A stretch of 64,000 bases of DNA from a virus (IMGVR_UViG_3300020036_009553:32001-96000); one strand, 5' to 3'; counted from the stretch's first letter, positions 37,764 to 48,818 are shown. Notes: generated from the letters alone by a model not told the origin. Translations and numbers: made by a program.

Positions 37764-38612
37764 ATGAATACGAATACAGATAATTCTTTGAAGAACAATG
37801 AGATTAAACTGCTCGAAAGTACACCACGAGTTATGATTAACCCCGATCAATTGGATCGTGCGGTCAGTTGGATTGTTTTGTTAGATGAATTGTACGCCAC
37901 TGCTCGAGAAACGGGTAAACCATCGCCGACTGTCGATCGTGCCACACAACAAGCACAGGTAAAAACATTGGCTGAATTACTGACACAATTGATTCATAGG
38001 CAGGTGAAAAAGGATACAAATAATCATCAACATGTACCGGTTATGGCAAGGTCAAGTTTTGAGTATGGTAATATTTCGGTAATAATTGATTATGTTGTTT
38101 CTCCAGGGATTGAACATACCATTTCTCCGGGGACTACGCCGTTGGCAAGTACGTATTCGCGGTATCACTTGACGGCGGATGTCACTATATCTGATGCGTT
38201 TTCCAAGTGGACGGCAGAAATTTTTCGAATCCCCACCCCCGTTGTTGCTCCTAATAAAAATATTGTCAAGACCGATATCACAACTTATGATCAATCAGAT
38301 TTGGCCCGGATGAAATTCCTCCACGCGAGGTGGGCGGATGTAAATGAGCCAGATCCGAAGAAGCGGCTTCGTCCTAAGGGAGGATATACAATTGCTGTAT
38401 ATGACAACATGGATGGAACGTTGGTGTATGCTATCTCTCGTTGCAGTGACAATGATTTGTTTTGTAAGAAAACTGGTAGGGATGTTGCTATGAGTAGGTT
38501 GGGGAATGGGTACACCGTCAAGTGTTCATTCAATGATTTCAGAAAAACGATTTCTCAAATTATCACCACATGGACAGCAGTTAAACCATCCCGCCGCCCC
38601 AAAAAGAAATAA
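37764..38612 (+). CDS. Paralogue 3 of the same family
   Basis: MKFLHARW...GGYTIAVYDNMDGT...SRCSDNDLFCKKTGRDVA. Confidence 0.8.
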   Translation: MNTNTDNSLKNNEIKLLESTPRVMINPDQLDRAVSWIVLLDELYATARETGKPSPTVDRATQQAQVKTLAELLTQLIHRQVKKDTNNHQHVPVMARSSFEYGNISVIIDYVVSPGIEHTISPGTTPLASTYSRYHLTADVTISDAFSKWTAEIFRIPTPVVAPNKNIVKTDITTYDQSDLARMKFLHARWADVNEPDPKKRLRPKGGYTIAVYDNMDGTLVYAISRCSDNDLFCKKTGRDVAMSRLGNGYTVKCSFNDFRKTISQIITTWTAVKPSRRPKKK

Positions 38613-39003
38613 TAACTTGTGAACTAGCAATAACTGGGCATTATGGAGCAGTTTTTGGGATGACCAATCATTAGGTCAAACAGGGCTTGGGATAAATACA
38701 GGGAATGTTTTGAAATACAGGTAAGGATGGTTGATATGATGAAATTTTTATATCACACATATTTAATTTTACTCGGTGTTGTTATAGGACTAGCACTATG
38801 ATCGCTCCCCAATCAGATAGAATTTATTTGTTGCGACAGCAAGATACTCCTACCCCTTGGGACCTAGATATTCCAGGAGATATTGTAATTGGCTTCACCA
38901 ATTTGTTGGAAGAAGCTGAACGATGGGCAGCTAGCACAAATTCTAAATGGACGAGGGCATATACAGGAGTTTTTAAGATGAACCAAAAAATCTTGGATAA
39001 ACT

Positions 39004-39276
39004 ATGAATAAAGCGTTGCTAGCTAACATAATTGGGACAAGACTGGCTGTTTCGTCTAAACAAGGGGGAATGAAAAAGATTCCCTCTTATTCGTTCCGTG
39101 GGAGTGAACACAGATTACCATCTGTGGACACAGAAGTAACAGGAGGAATGGTCAAACAGGTCATTCCTGCGTATAGTGGGACAGCATGTGTTGGAATATC
39201 AACCATGCATAAATCAAATGCTGTTCCCGTATTCTCAAAACAAGACATTTTAGACATTTCAACCATGCGACGGTAA
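39004..39276 (+). CDS. Small hypothetical phage protein
   Basis: YSGT..VGI.TMHKSNAVPVF motif. Confidence 0.7.
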   Translation: MNKALLANIIGTRLAVSSKQGGMKKIPSYSFRGSEHRLPSVDTEVTGGMVKQVIPAYSGTACVGISTMHKSNAVPVFSKQDILDISTMRR

Positions 39277-39746
39277 AGGAACCAAATCATGACATTAACA
39301 AAAAAACAGCAACTCTTAATCGGAATTATCATTGTGTCCCTCCTTGGAATTGCCGCTATATGGGTTGGGCCAGCGGTCATTATTTCCATTGTATTATTAT
39401 CGGCTAGCGTTGGGTTTGTGGCTGCATATATTCATGCGTCTTTTATGATTCGGGACACCCCCCAAGAAGTATTTACAGATGATATTCCGGTCCTAACCCT
39501 CGACGATGAAAATAGTGAAAAAGGTAGTTGATTTTTTCCGGGGAATCATGTATCATATGATTTTCGTTCAATAATCAAAGGAATACAATCATGGATTTTT
39601 TAAACATTGAGAAAATTGCTGATAAGCATCCAGCGGCACTAACAATCATTATTAATGCTGTTAACATTGCGTTAATGTTGACTGGTGGATTGATCGTTAC
39701 GATTATTCAAAACCTGTACGGGTAATCATTCTTGTGGTGATAAGAA

Positions 39747-40481
39747 ATGAGAATCATTTCTAAATTCAAAGATTATTACGATTATATTGCCCATTTATAT
39801 GGTAGTGATCCGATGATCGTGTATCATCGTAAAGATCTCGACAAAGGGGTAGTAAAAGGTAATGTGTGTTATTATGACACGATCAACATCACCAAAAAGT
39901 CATCGTTTGGACATTTTACATTTAGCGCGCAAGGCAGGTTGTCACCCGATTCAGCAGATTATAAGTGGAGAATGTATGATTTAATGTATCTTTGTATTAA
40001 TGGATCATCATATCTCTGCCTGCGGGATACATCAATACCAAAGAGTTCATGGCAATATTATGAAAATATCCCTGGAGCTAGTGAACATGTTACCATCCGG
40101 TATTTTAATCCAAAAAAATGGTATTGGGTTAATACCAAATTAACAATCGGTCAATTAAATGGAACGGTTGTGTTTCCTGAATTGGTAGAAATTTGTAGGG
40201 AATTACAAGCTCCAGTATTTTTATTCAAGGTTAACCATCTCATTGATGATAAGGTAGAGTTTGTTATCGAAGGAAAGGTGCCAGTTCTATCTGAATTGGG
40301 GATGGCTAAAATATATCCTCCAACGCAATTGTACCAAGACCTATCATATTTCATGGCAAACACAATAAGACCATCTCCTGATACCACCCCTCCTGTCAAA
40401 TTAACAGATACTCAAAGAATATCTCAGCGTGGATTTGATTTAGTTACATCTTTTAGAGGACCTCGTAATGGCAAAACGTAA
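39747..40481 (+). CDS. Hypothetical phage protein
   Basis: MRIISKFKDYYD N-terminus, GFDL.TSFR C-terminus. Confidence 0.8.
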   Translation: MRIISKFKDYYDYIAHLYGSDPMIVYHRKDLDKGVVKGNVCYYDTINITKKSSFGHFTFSAQGRLSPDSADYKWRMYDLMYLCINGSSYLCLRDTSIPKSSWQYYENIPGASEHVTIRYFNPKKWYWVNTKLTIGQLNGTVVFPELVEICRELQAPVFLFKVNHLIDDKVEFVIEGKVPVLSELGMAKIYPPTQLYQDLSYFMANTIRPSPDTTPPVKLTDTQRISQRGFDLVTSFRGPRNGKT

Positions 40482-41337
40482 GAATCTTGTACAACCATTT
40501 TCATTTGCGGACGCGAAGACAAAAGCTCTTCGTGATTTTGAATTTGATTATGATCGTACTCCATTTGAGCTGCAACCCCTTCCCACTCGTAGATTTGAGG
40601 TAGGAGAAAGCATTATTGTTGGGCGGTTAGATCAATGTGTTGTTGAGGAAGTGCTGTTCGATGGAATGGCGTATCTATATTCTGCGATGTGGAAGGCACG
40701 GGAAACTGAGGAACCATCGCGTGTGTGTCGCGTATCGTGGTGGTTTGAAATATTCAAAAAAGTGAATAATGATGGGGTTCCTTGCTTAATGACTCCATCA
40801 TCTCGTCACCATCCTACCTCGGGAGTACTTGGATCTATCATGCATTTTTTGCTGTGTGGTGGATTGGTGTGTGATCCTACGTACCAACGAGAATACGTAT
40901 GGTCAGAAGCAGATAAAGATTCGTTAATTGAATCAATTTTTGATCGTGTTCCAATTGGATCAGTGTTGTTGGTTCGTCATGCTGGGTATAATCATTCGGG
41001 TGATCGCACTCTCCGAAAATATACAACCCTTGCTGGCATTGCAGTCACTGTTGAGGCAGGTAATGATTACACTATTTCAATCGTGGACGGTCAGCAACGA
41101 TTGACGACGATTGTCGATTTCGTGATGGATAAACGTTCATTCAAAGGGCGATACTTTTCACAATTGAACATTAGAGACATTCGTGATTTTGATAATACTC
41201 CAATCACATATTGGCTGATCAAGGAAGAAGAAACAACCCAAAAAGAAATAATTAAATTGTTCTTGCAGTGTAACCGTGGGGTTTCTCAAACACCCGCACA
41301 TTTGGAAAAAATTCGTGCACTATACGAAGAAATGTAA
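40468..41337 (+). CDS. DUF262 / ParB-like domain protein
   Basis: PTYQREYVWS...LIESI...PIG, IVDGQQRLTT, F...N.G. Confidence 0.85.
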   Translation: MAKRKNLVQPFSFADAKTKALRDFEFDYDRTPFELQPLPTRRFEVGESIIVGRLDQCVVEEVLFDGMAYLYSAMWKARETEEPSRVCRVSWWFEIFKKVNNDGVPCLMTPSSRHHPTSGVLGSIMHFLLCGGLVCDPTYQREYVWSEADKDSLIESIFDRVPIGSVLLVRHAGYNHSGDRTLRKYTTLAGIAVTVEAGNDYTISIVDGQQRLTTIVDFVMDKRSFKGRYFSQLNIRDIRDFDNTPITYWLIKEEETTQKEIIKLFLQCNRGVSQTPAHLEKIRALYEEM

Positions 41338-41658
41338 TTATGTTAATTATTACTCGTGAGTTAGATGAAATTGTTGATTTGGTCAAAGCGAAGAAACTGC
41401 TTCAGTCTGTGACCCCTCCATATGTTCCAAAGAAATTTCAATCGTTGCCCGAAAATGAGTTGCTAGAACTATTGCTTGTTCAACTGATCAGCCGTGCTGG
41501 TGAGCGTGATATCGATTTGTTGTCATATAATTTTCAAAACTTCGGTTGTGGCTGTATGGGTCCAATGAGTGGTGATACGTTTTGCGGATGTGAATTTTCT
41601 TCATTAGTGAAAGAATACAAAGAAGGGTTGGCGCTGTTGTATTTGACCCGCCACGATC

Positions 41659-42291
41659 ATGATTAAGTATCCACGTACAGTCCACCTTCCATCATCTCCT
41701 GGTGCCACAAATGATGATAAAATCATTCGTAACATGGATGCGTTTATTGGTGAAGAGATTGTCATTACGGAAAAGGTAGACGGGGAGAATACTACCATAT
41801 ATTCCAATGGGCGCTGTCATGCCAGAAGCATTGATTCTCGGTCTCATGAAAGTAGAAATTGGATTAAACAATTTGCTGCTTCCATTGCACATAACATTCC
41901 TGAAGATTGGAGGATCTGTGGAGAGAATTTGTATGCTCAACATACCCTGCCGTACAATGATCTATTGAGTTACTTTTATGGGTTCTCTGTTTGGGATGAA
42001 AAGAACGACTGTATCAGTTGGGATAATACAACGTATGTATTTGGAGAAGTTGGTGTTATCGCAGTTCCAGTCCTATATCGCGGACCTTTTCAAATGTCAT
42101 TGGTGACAGAGATAATTAATGAATTAGATTTAACCACCCAAGAAGGGATAGTCATGCGAGTATCCCGAAGGTTCCCCTTTAGCGAATTTAGCAAGAGGGT
42201 AGCAAAATGGGTACGTAAAGATCACGTAATGACGGATGTACATTGGATGCACAAAGAAGTCACACCAAATAAATTAAGAAACACACTTTAA
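41659..42291 (+). CDS. ATP-dependent RNA ligase family protein
   Basis: KYPRT.HLP.SPG, TEKVDGEN (KxDG), ICGE, EGIVMR, KWVR. Confidence 0.88.
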   Translation: MIKYPRTVHLPSSPGATNDDKIIRNMDAFIGEEIVITEKVDGENTTIYSNGRCHARSIDSRSHESRNWIKQFAASIAHNIPEDWRICGENLYAQHTLPYNDLLSYFYGFSVWDEKNDCISWDNTTYVFGEVGVIAVPVLYRGPFQMSLVTEIINELDLTTQEGIVMRVSRRFPFSEFSKRVAKWVRKDHVMTDVHWMHKEVTPNKLRNTL

Positions 42292-42590
42292 TTTTTAGAG
42301 AGGTATATCATGGAAGAAAAAACTGCTGCACTTACTCAATATCATTCATCAACAATTCTTACAGCAACAGCCGTCGTTAACATTTTGATGGATTGTACAG
42401 ATAAGGTTGTTGAAATTGTTACTTCTGATGGAATTGATCCAATATTTTTTGAAAAATACCCCATGTTGCTAAACTCAAACACTATTAATTATATTAGAGA
42501 CAGGAGCGGATATTGTTGTGAGAGTATTTCATTTAGTGTGATATCTCGTGTAAAAGCGGCGACAGTTCGGTTGGTTCGGGTGGTAGCCTA

Positions 42591-43067
42591 ATGCGCACCG
42601 TTGATAAAAAATTGGCGGGTCAACTGTTCAGTCCTGGTACTGACCGGGAAGTAGATTTAACAGTGTATGTATACCAACGTCCCCACATGAGAGATGCTTC
42701 ACTTGAGTTTGAACTATATATGGGCCGAAAAGTACTTGATGGTATATTTGATGATTACCGCATGATGCCAGATGTGCGTGAGGTTACCTTGCCATTTCCA
42801 GAAAATTGGTTGAATATTATTGAGCAACGACTGTTGTATCGAAGATTGGGATATTATTGTCCAAATTTAAAAACTGTAATGATCAAGACTCAATCCGTGT
42901 ATATCATACAATGCACATGTGCTCAAAATTTAAAAATCATTCATTATGATAGCCCAACCCCTGATGAATCAAATGCCGATGGTACAATAAATTTAACAGG
43001 TAAAACTTGGCAACCAATGGTCGGCAATGTTGTTAATCTTGATGTGTTGAATCAAATGCACGTTTAA
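42591..43067 (+). CDS. Hypothetical protein
   Basis: Operonic ORF. Confidence 0.65.
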   Translation: MRTVDKKLAGQLFSPGTDREVDLTVYVYQRPHMRDASLEFELYMGRKVLDGIFDDYRMMPDVREVTLPFPENWLNIIEQRLLYRRLGYYCPNLKTVMIKTQSVYIIQCTCAQNLKIIHYDSPTPDESNADGTINLTGKTWQPMVGNVVNLDVLNQMHV

Positions 43068-43163
43068 TGAAAATATGTTGATATTTCTCTTAGTATAGGG
43101 GATAATTTTCCTGTTATAAATCTATTCACCTGTTAATTCATTTACCTGCAAGAGGTATAAATC

Positions 43164-43589
43164 ATGTCGTCACCTACTGTCTCTGCAACACCCATTTCTC
43201 CTATGAACGCATTTCACAACTCGTTCCCACCTTTTCCCGATGAAATTATTCAAGTTGCAAATCAATTGATTAGTGATAACTTGACTTTGGAAGGTCATTA
43301 CATAGTTGCAAAATTTTCTCGTGGAGAATTTCTGCGTAAATCAGTAGAAGCCATTATAAAGTGGAGAGGGTTGTCTTTAAACCAGCCGAACCTTGTTGCC
43401 CTTATCGAAGATGAAATTAAATCCAAGAAATGGTTAGATATTGCTCCGATGTTTCAGGCCATTGCGTGGGTCGTGAGAATTGTAACTGTGGGAGAGGATC
43501 ACAGGTATGAATTTGAGGCTAAATTACCAACGACTGTGATTTCTCGCGCAGTCAGTCTTGCCCCACACATCCCCCCACAAGGCGAATAA
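43164..43589 (+). CDS. Hypothetical protein (paralogue of 43592)
   Basis: PDEII...N.LI...L, WLDI.PMF...W.V. Confidence 0.7.
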   Translation: MSSPTVSATPISPMNAFHNSFPPFPDEIIQVANQLISDNLTLEGHYIVAKFSRGEFLRKSVEAIIKWRGLSLNQPNLVALIEDEIKSKKWLDIAPMFQAIAWVVRIVTVGEDHRYEFEAKLPTTVISRAVSLAPHIPPQGE

Positions 43590-43591
43590 TC

Positions 43592-43888
43592 ATGCCCATC
43601 ACACCTCAAGAAGCATGCGAGCGAAAACTCAAATCCATCCCCGAAGAAGTGTACGAAGCATTTGATGAGTGCATTGTGGCTCATCTAACGCTAGGTGGGC
43701 GTTCTAGTTTTACATTTGATGAGGTGATTGACCGCATCGTGTACAAATATGACATAAAGGGGGTGGCTGTGGCCCGCAACGACATTTATAATCATAATTG
43801 GCTCGATGTTGAGCCCGTCTACCGACACATCGGCTGGAAAGTAACATGTGAAGGTTCTGGTTTTATTTTTCATACTAATAAAGGCTAA
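43592..43888 (+). CDS. Hypothetical protein
   Basis: PEEVYEAFD..I...L, WLDVEPVY...GWKV. Confidence 0.7.
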   Translation: MPITPQEACERKLKSIPEEVYEAFDECIVAHLTLGGRSSFTFDEVIDRIVYKYDIKGVAVARNDIYNHNWLDVEPVYRHIGWKVTCEGSGFIFHTNKG

Positions 43889-43900
43889 AAAGGGTAATTT

Positions 43901-44863
43901 ATGGATATTCATTACGGAAGAAAACGGTCCGGCATCATCAGGGAATTGGATGCCAAGATTAATGATTGGTTGGATTCGATCACAGACGAAGAGGTGCAAA
44001 AACTGGCAAGACGGGATGTTATTGTTACAGGTGGGAGCATTGCATCAATGTTAATGGGTGATGCGGTTAATGACTATGACCTGTATTTTACCGAAAGGGA
44101 TACAGCAATAGCTGTTGCTAAATATTATGTGGATAAGTTCAATGCAGCAAGAGTAGCAAAAGTGGCTGCTGGTGCTGCGCCTGATGAAGTAGAAGCTATT
44201 CCATATGTGAAGATTACTCCTGATGTACCAAACGTCAAAGGTGATTTGGAGGAACGAATCACGATTTATATAAAATCAGCAGGTGTGGCGGGAGAAAGCC
44301 AAGATCCATATACTTATTTTGAAGAACATCCTGGGCAAGAAGCAGAGCAATTTGCTGAATCATTGATTCATGATGTTGGTACCGATAAGGGGGAAAAGTA
44401 TCGGCCTGTGTTCTTATCACAAAATGCAATCACACTTTCTAATAAAGTTCAAATTATTATTCGGTTTTTTGGATCTCCCAAAGAGATTCATGATAATTAT
44501 GATTTTGTTCATGCTATGTGTTATTATGATTTTGCGGCCAAGAATTTAGTCTTGCCTGCTGAAGCGTTGGAATCAATGCTTAGTCGTACGCTTGTGTACA
44601 AGGGTAGCTTGTATCCTGTCGCTAGTATTTTTCGCATGAAAAAATTCATTGAGCGCGGGTGGAGGATTACAGCAGGGCAACAACTCAAAATCATGTGGCA
44701 AATTAGTGAGATTGATCTAACTAACGCTGTTATCTTCACGGAGCAGCTAACAGGAGTGGACCAAGCGTATATGTATCAATTAATTCAAGCGCTGGCTGGC
44801 GTTGATCCTGAACGAATCAATAGTGCATATGTGTCTACCATTATTGATAGGATTTTTGATTAG
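43901..44863 (+). CDS. Nucleotidyltransferase-fold protein
   Basis: IVTGGSIASML.G..VNDYDLYF (GG...DxD), YDFVH; R.KKF..RGW. Confidence 0.75.
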   Translation: MDIHYGRKRSGIIRELDAKINDWLDSITDEEVQKLARRDVIVTGGSIASMLMGDAVNDYDLYFTERDTAIAVAKYYVDKFNAARVAKVAAGAAPDEVEAIPYVKITPDVPNVKGDLEERITIYIKSAGVAGESQDPYTYFEEHPGQEAEQFAESLIHDVGTDKGEKYRPVFLSQNAITLSNKVQIIIRFFGSPKEIHDNYDFVHAMCYYDFAAKNLVLPAEALESMLSRTLVYKGSLYPVASIFRMKKFIERGWRITAGQQLKIMWQISEIDLTNAVIFTEQLTGVDQAYMYQLIQALAGVDPERINSAYVSTIIDRIFD

Positions 44864-45225
44864 TGAAAACACATGCCTCCTTTGTTAAAGTACTGGACCA
44901 CCGAGGTACATACGGCAAGGGGGTTAGTGATTTTGTTTGTTATGTAAATTGGAGACGACAAGATGGTGATTTATCATCTCGTACTGCGTTAATGTCGTTT
45001 TGGGAATCTGAGCATTTGACATTATTGTTACGATGTGGGGTATCAGTGCTACACGCGTGTCGTTATCATCATGGATGCTATGATATGGTCGTACTATATC
45101 TTCGGCGCATGCCCCCGTTGGTAACCAGATACGGCACCCACCAGCACACCACCTCGCCCACTCAGATTGAACGTGCTATTATGAATAGTTTGTCTTCAGC
45201 AGCAAGTTTCATGAATAAGATGTGA
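44863..45225 (+). CDS. Hypothetical protein (H.GTY...VCY..W family)
   Basis: Motif shared with minus-strand ORFs 45238 and 45611. Confidence 0.55.
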   Translation: MKTHASFVKVLDHRGTYGKGVSDFVCYVNWRRQDGDLSSRTALMSFWESEHLTLLLRCGVSVLHACRYHHGCYDMVVLYLRRMPPLVTRYGTHQHTTSPTQIERAIMNSLSSAASFMNKM

Positions 45226-45237
45226 TTCAAGCTATGT

Positions 45238-45651
45238 TTATGATTGATCATAAATTCCATTGCGTTTCAAGTCTTCTTTAATAAGCGCATCAAAGTTATG
45301 CTTGATGTCTTCACATCGCGGTGGTGTGATGTTTTTCAGCACCCCCAGATATAATACAAAGACCATATATTGTCCACGATCGTTCCCCTCCTGGTGAATT
45401 ATCTCTAATTGGTAAAAACCTACTATAGCATCAATGGCGTCATACACAGCATCTTCCATTAGGGTATGGTGGTCAGGCCATTTTTTCCAGGTGATGTAGC
45501 AGACATATTCGCTAGTTTCTCCATGATATGTGCCAACATGATTTTTAATTTTAAAGTTGGGAATCTCAGGTATTTTATAGGTTGTTGATAGAGGATTGTT
45601 TTTCATAGAGTTAATATTGTCGTGAATACATTGATCGTTGATGGGCGGCAT
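45238..45651 (-). CDS. Hypothetical protein (H.GTY...VCY..W family)
   Basis: HVGTYHGETSEYVCYITWKK; true start may be the downstream MKNN. Confidence 0.6.
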   Translation of the reverse strand: MPPINDQCIHDNINSMKNNPLSTTYKIPEIPNFKIKNHVGTYHGETSEYVCYITWKKWPDHHTLMEDAVYDAIDAIVGFYQLEIIHQEGNDRGQYMVFVLYLGVLKNITPPRCEDIKHNFDALIKEDLKRNGIYDQS

Positions 45652-46093
45652 CTTGTTGGGCTGCTGCGTCAGCTTTTGCTCTGGCTTGTTTTAACACTTC
45701 TGTTGCCATATCCAAACACTCGTCCAATGTTGATCGAAGAGTAGTTACCATTTCAGGAACGTTATCACTAGCATTTTTAAATTGAAGATATTCAAATCCA
45801 AATAACCAAGCGCCGTGCTCCTGGGAATCATTATTGACCAAAACTATATTCGGCAATTCTTTAAAAAATCTATTAAAACAACGCTCTAACATTAAATCAG
45901 CCCACTCATTGTTAGATGGAGCTCTCCATTTTATTATAAATGTATATGAATCATCCCACCCACTAGGTAATGTTCCTGGATGGTATCGAACACTGAAGAC
46001 AATTGGAGCTGGCAAGAATTCTTCTATATCGGAGGCATCATCGGATGAATAATAAGTTTCTTTTATTACGGGTTTTATAAGTTGTAACTTCAT
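45611..46093 (-). CDS. Hypothetical protein
   Basis: HPGTL.....Y.FIIKWR, a distant family member. Confidence 0.65.
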   Translation of the reverse strand: MKLQLIKPVIKETYYSSDDASDIEEFLPAPIVFSVRYHPGTLPSGWDDSYTFIIKWRAPSNNEWADLMLERCFNRFFKELPNIVLVNNDSQEHGAWLFGFEYLQFKNASDNVPEMVTTLRSTLDECLDMATEVLKQARAKADAAAQQDAAHQRSMYSRQY

Positions 46094-46385
46094 TGTTGGT
46101 TGCCCTCAGGGGATAAAAAATCGTTGACCCAATCAAAAATTCGGTGTATACTAATATTTATCAAATTAATTCATGTGAGGAAAATTTAATGAGCGAAAAA
46201 TCCCAACCAGTCTCTGTTCCACCTTCCTTGGTACTGTTTGACACAAAAACTAATTTATATTCGCATTTCATTGGAAAAACCAAAACGTGCGAAATTCGTG
46301 CATCGTGGCCAATGGACGCAGAAATGTTAGAGGAGTTTCGCGTGAACCCATTGGCATTACTTGGTGAAGATGGAGATCAACTAGC

Positions 46386-46844
46386 ATGAAAATCAATAAA
46401 AACTCATGGCATTGGCGGCTTGCAACGGTATATTCCACCCTTCATCCGCATCAATATCGTGGATATCACGGACGGTGTCTTTTAAACATGTGTGAGTACG
46501 TGTCATACGTATTGAGTGGAGCTGTTGTAGCCATGATATTTGGTATTATCGGTGCAACAATTGGATTAATGATAGTGTGTTCCGGGATGTGGTGGTGGTT
46601 CTTTTTGTACTATGGGTTGGTAATTCCTATTGCTATGCACGAAGGAATAGTAGGAGGGTTTGCTGGGATGGGGATGATAATTGTTTGTGGAATAATTGTT
46701 TTTTTGTTAATGATGCTTTGTAGGTTGTGGTACCTTTCAATGAAGAAAAAGATTACCACAGGTTCGTTGCAACCATCTTTCATTGGCCATGTTATTGCTG
46801 GTTGGCGTAATAAAGTATGTACAACTGTGGAGTTTGATGATTAA
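46386..46844 (+). CDS. Membrane protein
   Basis: MKINKNSWHWRL N-terminus, hydrophobic segments, NKVC..VEF C-terminus. Confidence 0.75.
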   Translation: MKINKNSWHWRLATVYSTLHPHQYRGYHGRCLLNMCEYVSYVLSGAVVAMIFGIIGATIGLMIVCSGMWWWFFLYYGLVIPIAMHEGIVGGFAGMGMIIVCGIIVFLLMMLCRLWYLSMKKKITTGSLQPSFIGHVIAGWRNKVCTTVEFDD

Positions 46845-47228
46845 ATGAATATATCACATGAACGAGTGGTTGAAGAAATGACATCCGCTGTCCTTGCTTT
46901 TCTAAATGGACGCCTTCGAAACCAATGGCTTACTGATAGTAATGGTATAGTTGATTTGTACGTCCGTAAAGGCGTCCATGCTGTTAACGGACAATTATTG
47001 CACACTTTTGATATTGCTAGCATGACGATTCACGCGGATCATAGAAACAAATCAATTGGACAACGCATCATAGATAACATCCACAATCAACACGATCGAG
47101 AGGCAACATACATTGAAAGCCTGTTAAATCCACGATTTTATGCTCATTTACTTGACGAAAAATGGATTGATGTTACAAATACTGACCCACCGTGTGTTAT
47201 TAAATTTAAGCAACAGTGGGAAAAATAG
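46845..47228 (+). CDS. GNAT-fold-like protein
   Basis: DIASMTIHADHRNKSIGQRII. Confidence 0.6.
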   Translation: MNISHERVVEEMTSAVLAFLNGRLRNQWLTDSNGIVDLYVRKGVHAVNGQLLHTFDIASMTIHADHRNKSIGQRIIDNIHNQHDREATYIESLLNPRFYAHLLDEKWIDVTNTDPPCVIKFKQQWEK

Positions 47229-47266
47229 GATAAATACCCACATCAAAGGTCGCGGTGGAGTATTCT

Positions 47267-48037
47267 ATGTTCAAGAAACATCTGGGAGTATCATTATTAG
47301 TTGTGATTATTACGTTGGTAGCGTTATTATTACCAATCGTCTCCGCAGTGTATTTTAGTTACCACAATAGTCTTCACGACCGCAGAGGACAAGCTGAAAG
47401 TATGGTTAATACAGCGATCCATATTATTAATCATCAATATCTTCATTACACAAGAGGAGATAAGACCGAGGGACAAGCACAAAAAGATGCCATCGAATTG
47501 ATCCAATTGCTTCGATTTGGAGATAATGATTATGTGTGGATAATACGGGAAATTGATGTTGTAATGCTAATGCACCCCGATGAGAGATTGGTTAACACCA
47601 ATGTGAATAATCTCTCAGATGAGAATGGAACGCGTGTTTACCAAGCAATGCAGGATGCAGTGTTTCCACTTGGGTTTGGGTATATGAGTTATTGGTGGCC
47701 TAAACCAGATCATATGGATGGCCTCTCACACGAAAAGATATCTTATATTAGACGATCTTCTAAGTGGGGATGGATAATCGGAGCAGGAATTTACACAGAT
47801 GATATACTGTTTACAATATGGCAAAGTAAATTTAGGTATTTTATATTGTTTAACATATCTGTCACCATAATAATTATTTGTTTGTATGTACATAGTAAGT
47901 TGATAGTTCAACTATCCGTTCGGTCTTCCAGCCGCCGTTTTAATGATGAACAATTATCGAAAGAGGTTCAAAATGACAACCCCACCCTCCTCCCAGAAAA
48001 GCTCCCCTCCCCTCCCCGTATGGATGCATTATTGTAA
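47267..48037 (+). CDS. TM-single Cache (sCache_2)-TM sensor with no signalling domain
   Basis: AQKDAI..I..LRFG.NDYVWI, MHP, D.NG, G.GY..Y.WPKP, K.SY.....WGWIIGAGIY.DD. Confidence 0.85.
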   Translation: MFKKHLGVSLLVVIITLVALLLPIVSAVYFSYHNSLHDRRGQAESMVNTAIHIINHQYLHYTRGDKTEGQAQKDAIELIQLLRFGDNDYVWIIREIDVVMLMHPDERLVNTNVNNLSDENGTRVYQAMQDAVFPLGFGYMSYWWPKPDHMDGLSHEKISYIRRSSKWGWIIGAGIYTDDILFTIWQSKFRYFILFNISVTIIIICLYVHSKLIVQLSVRSSSRRFNDEQLSKEVQNDNPTLLPEKLPSPPRMDALL

Positions 48038-48215
48038 GTGCAATCGTTTGCAAGATGCCATTGCATTCATTCAACATAAAGCTGAAAGTGGGTGGAATGT
48101 GATGGTTCAACCGTTTGTAACTAAACAAGATATGTTGGATCTTGGTCATGATATGACTATGCCAATTCCCACTGAATGGACTTTCATCATCTTTAAATTA
48201 TAAAGAAAGAATATC

Positions 48216-48818
48216 ATGCAGCATTTTGAAAAATTACGGTTAGCTCTTCGATATTATTTATTGGGGAAAGAATATTATGTAGCTCTGTCTGCATTAGATT
48301 ATGGTGCTCAATATCATACAGGAGTCCGAAAAAATGGTATTACTCCAGAGTATCAACATCAAATTGAAATTGCCCAATACGTAAGAACGTTATCGTTGAT
48401 TTATCCCGAAACAGCCATAGCAGTGGCTCTTTTACACGACGTTACTGAAGATTATGATGTGACTGTGAGAGATTTGTCAACAAATTTTGGGTATGATATT
48501 GCTGAAGCGTGCGAATTGTTAAATAAAAATGATAAGACAACTGAAGAATATTATAGAGGATGTGCCGAACATCCCACCGCGTCTATAGTCAAAGGTGGCG
48601 ATCGTATCCATAACATTCAAACTATGATAGGTGTGTTCACTCCTGACAAACAACGCCGGTACATTGATGATGTTAGAACACATATTCTGCCAATGATAAA
48701 AAAAGCAAAACGAGCATTCCCTCAACAAGAGTCAGCATATGAGAATATAAAACACATGCTGGTTAGTCAAATTGAATTATTAGAGCATATTTTGAAAGTA
48801 CCCCATGACACGAAGTAG
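48216..48818 (+). CDS. HD-domain (p)ppGpp hydrolase-like protein (small alarmone hydrolase)
   Basis: H.G.RK.G..P...H, ALLHDVTED, VK..DR.HN. Confidence 0.8.
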   Translation: MQHFEKLRLALRYYLLGKEYYVALSALDYGAQYHTGVRKNGITPEYQHQIEIAQYVRTLSLIYPETAIAVALLHDVTEDYDVTVRDLSTNFGYDIAEACELLNKNDKTTEEYYRGCAEHPTASIVKGGDRIHNIQTMIGVFTPDKQRRYIDDVRTHILPMIKKAKRAFPQQESAYENIKHMLVSQIELLEHILKVPHDTK

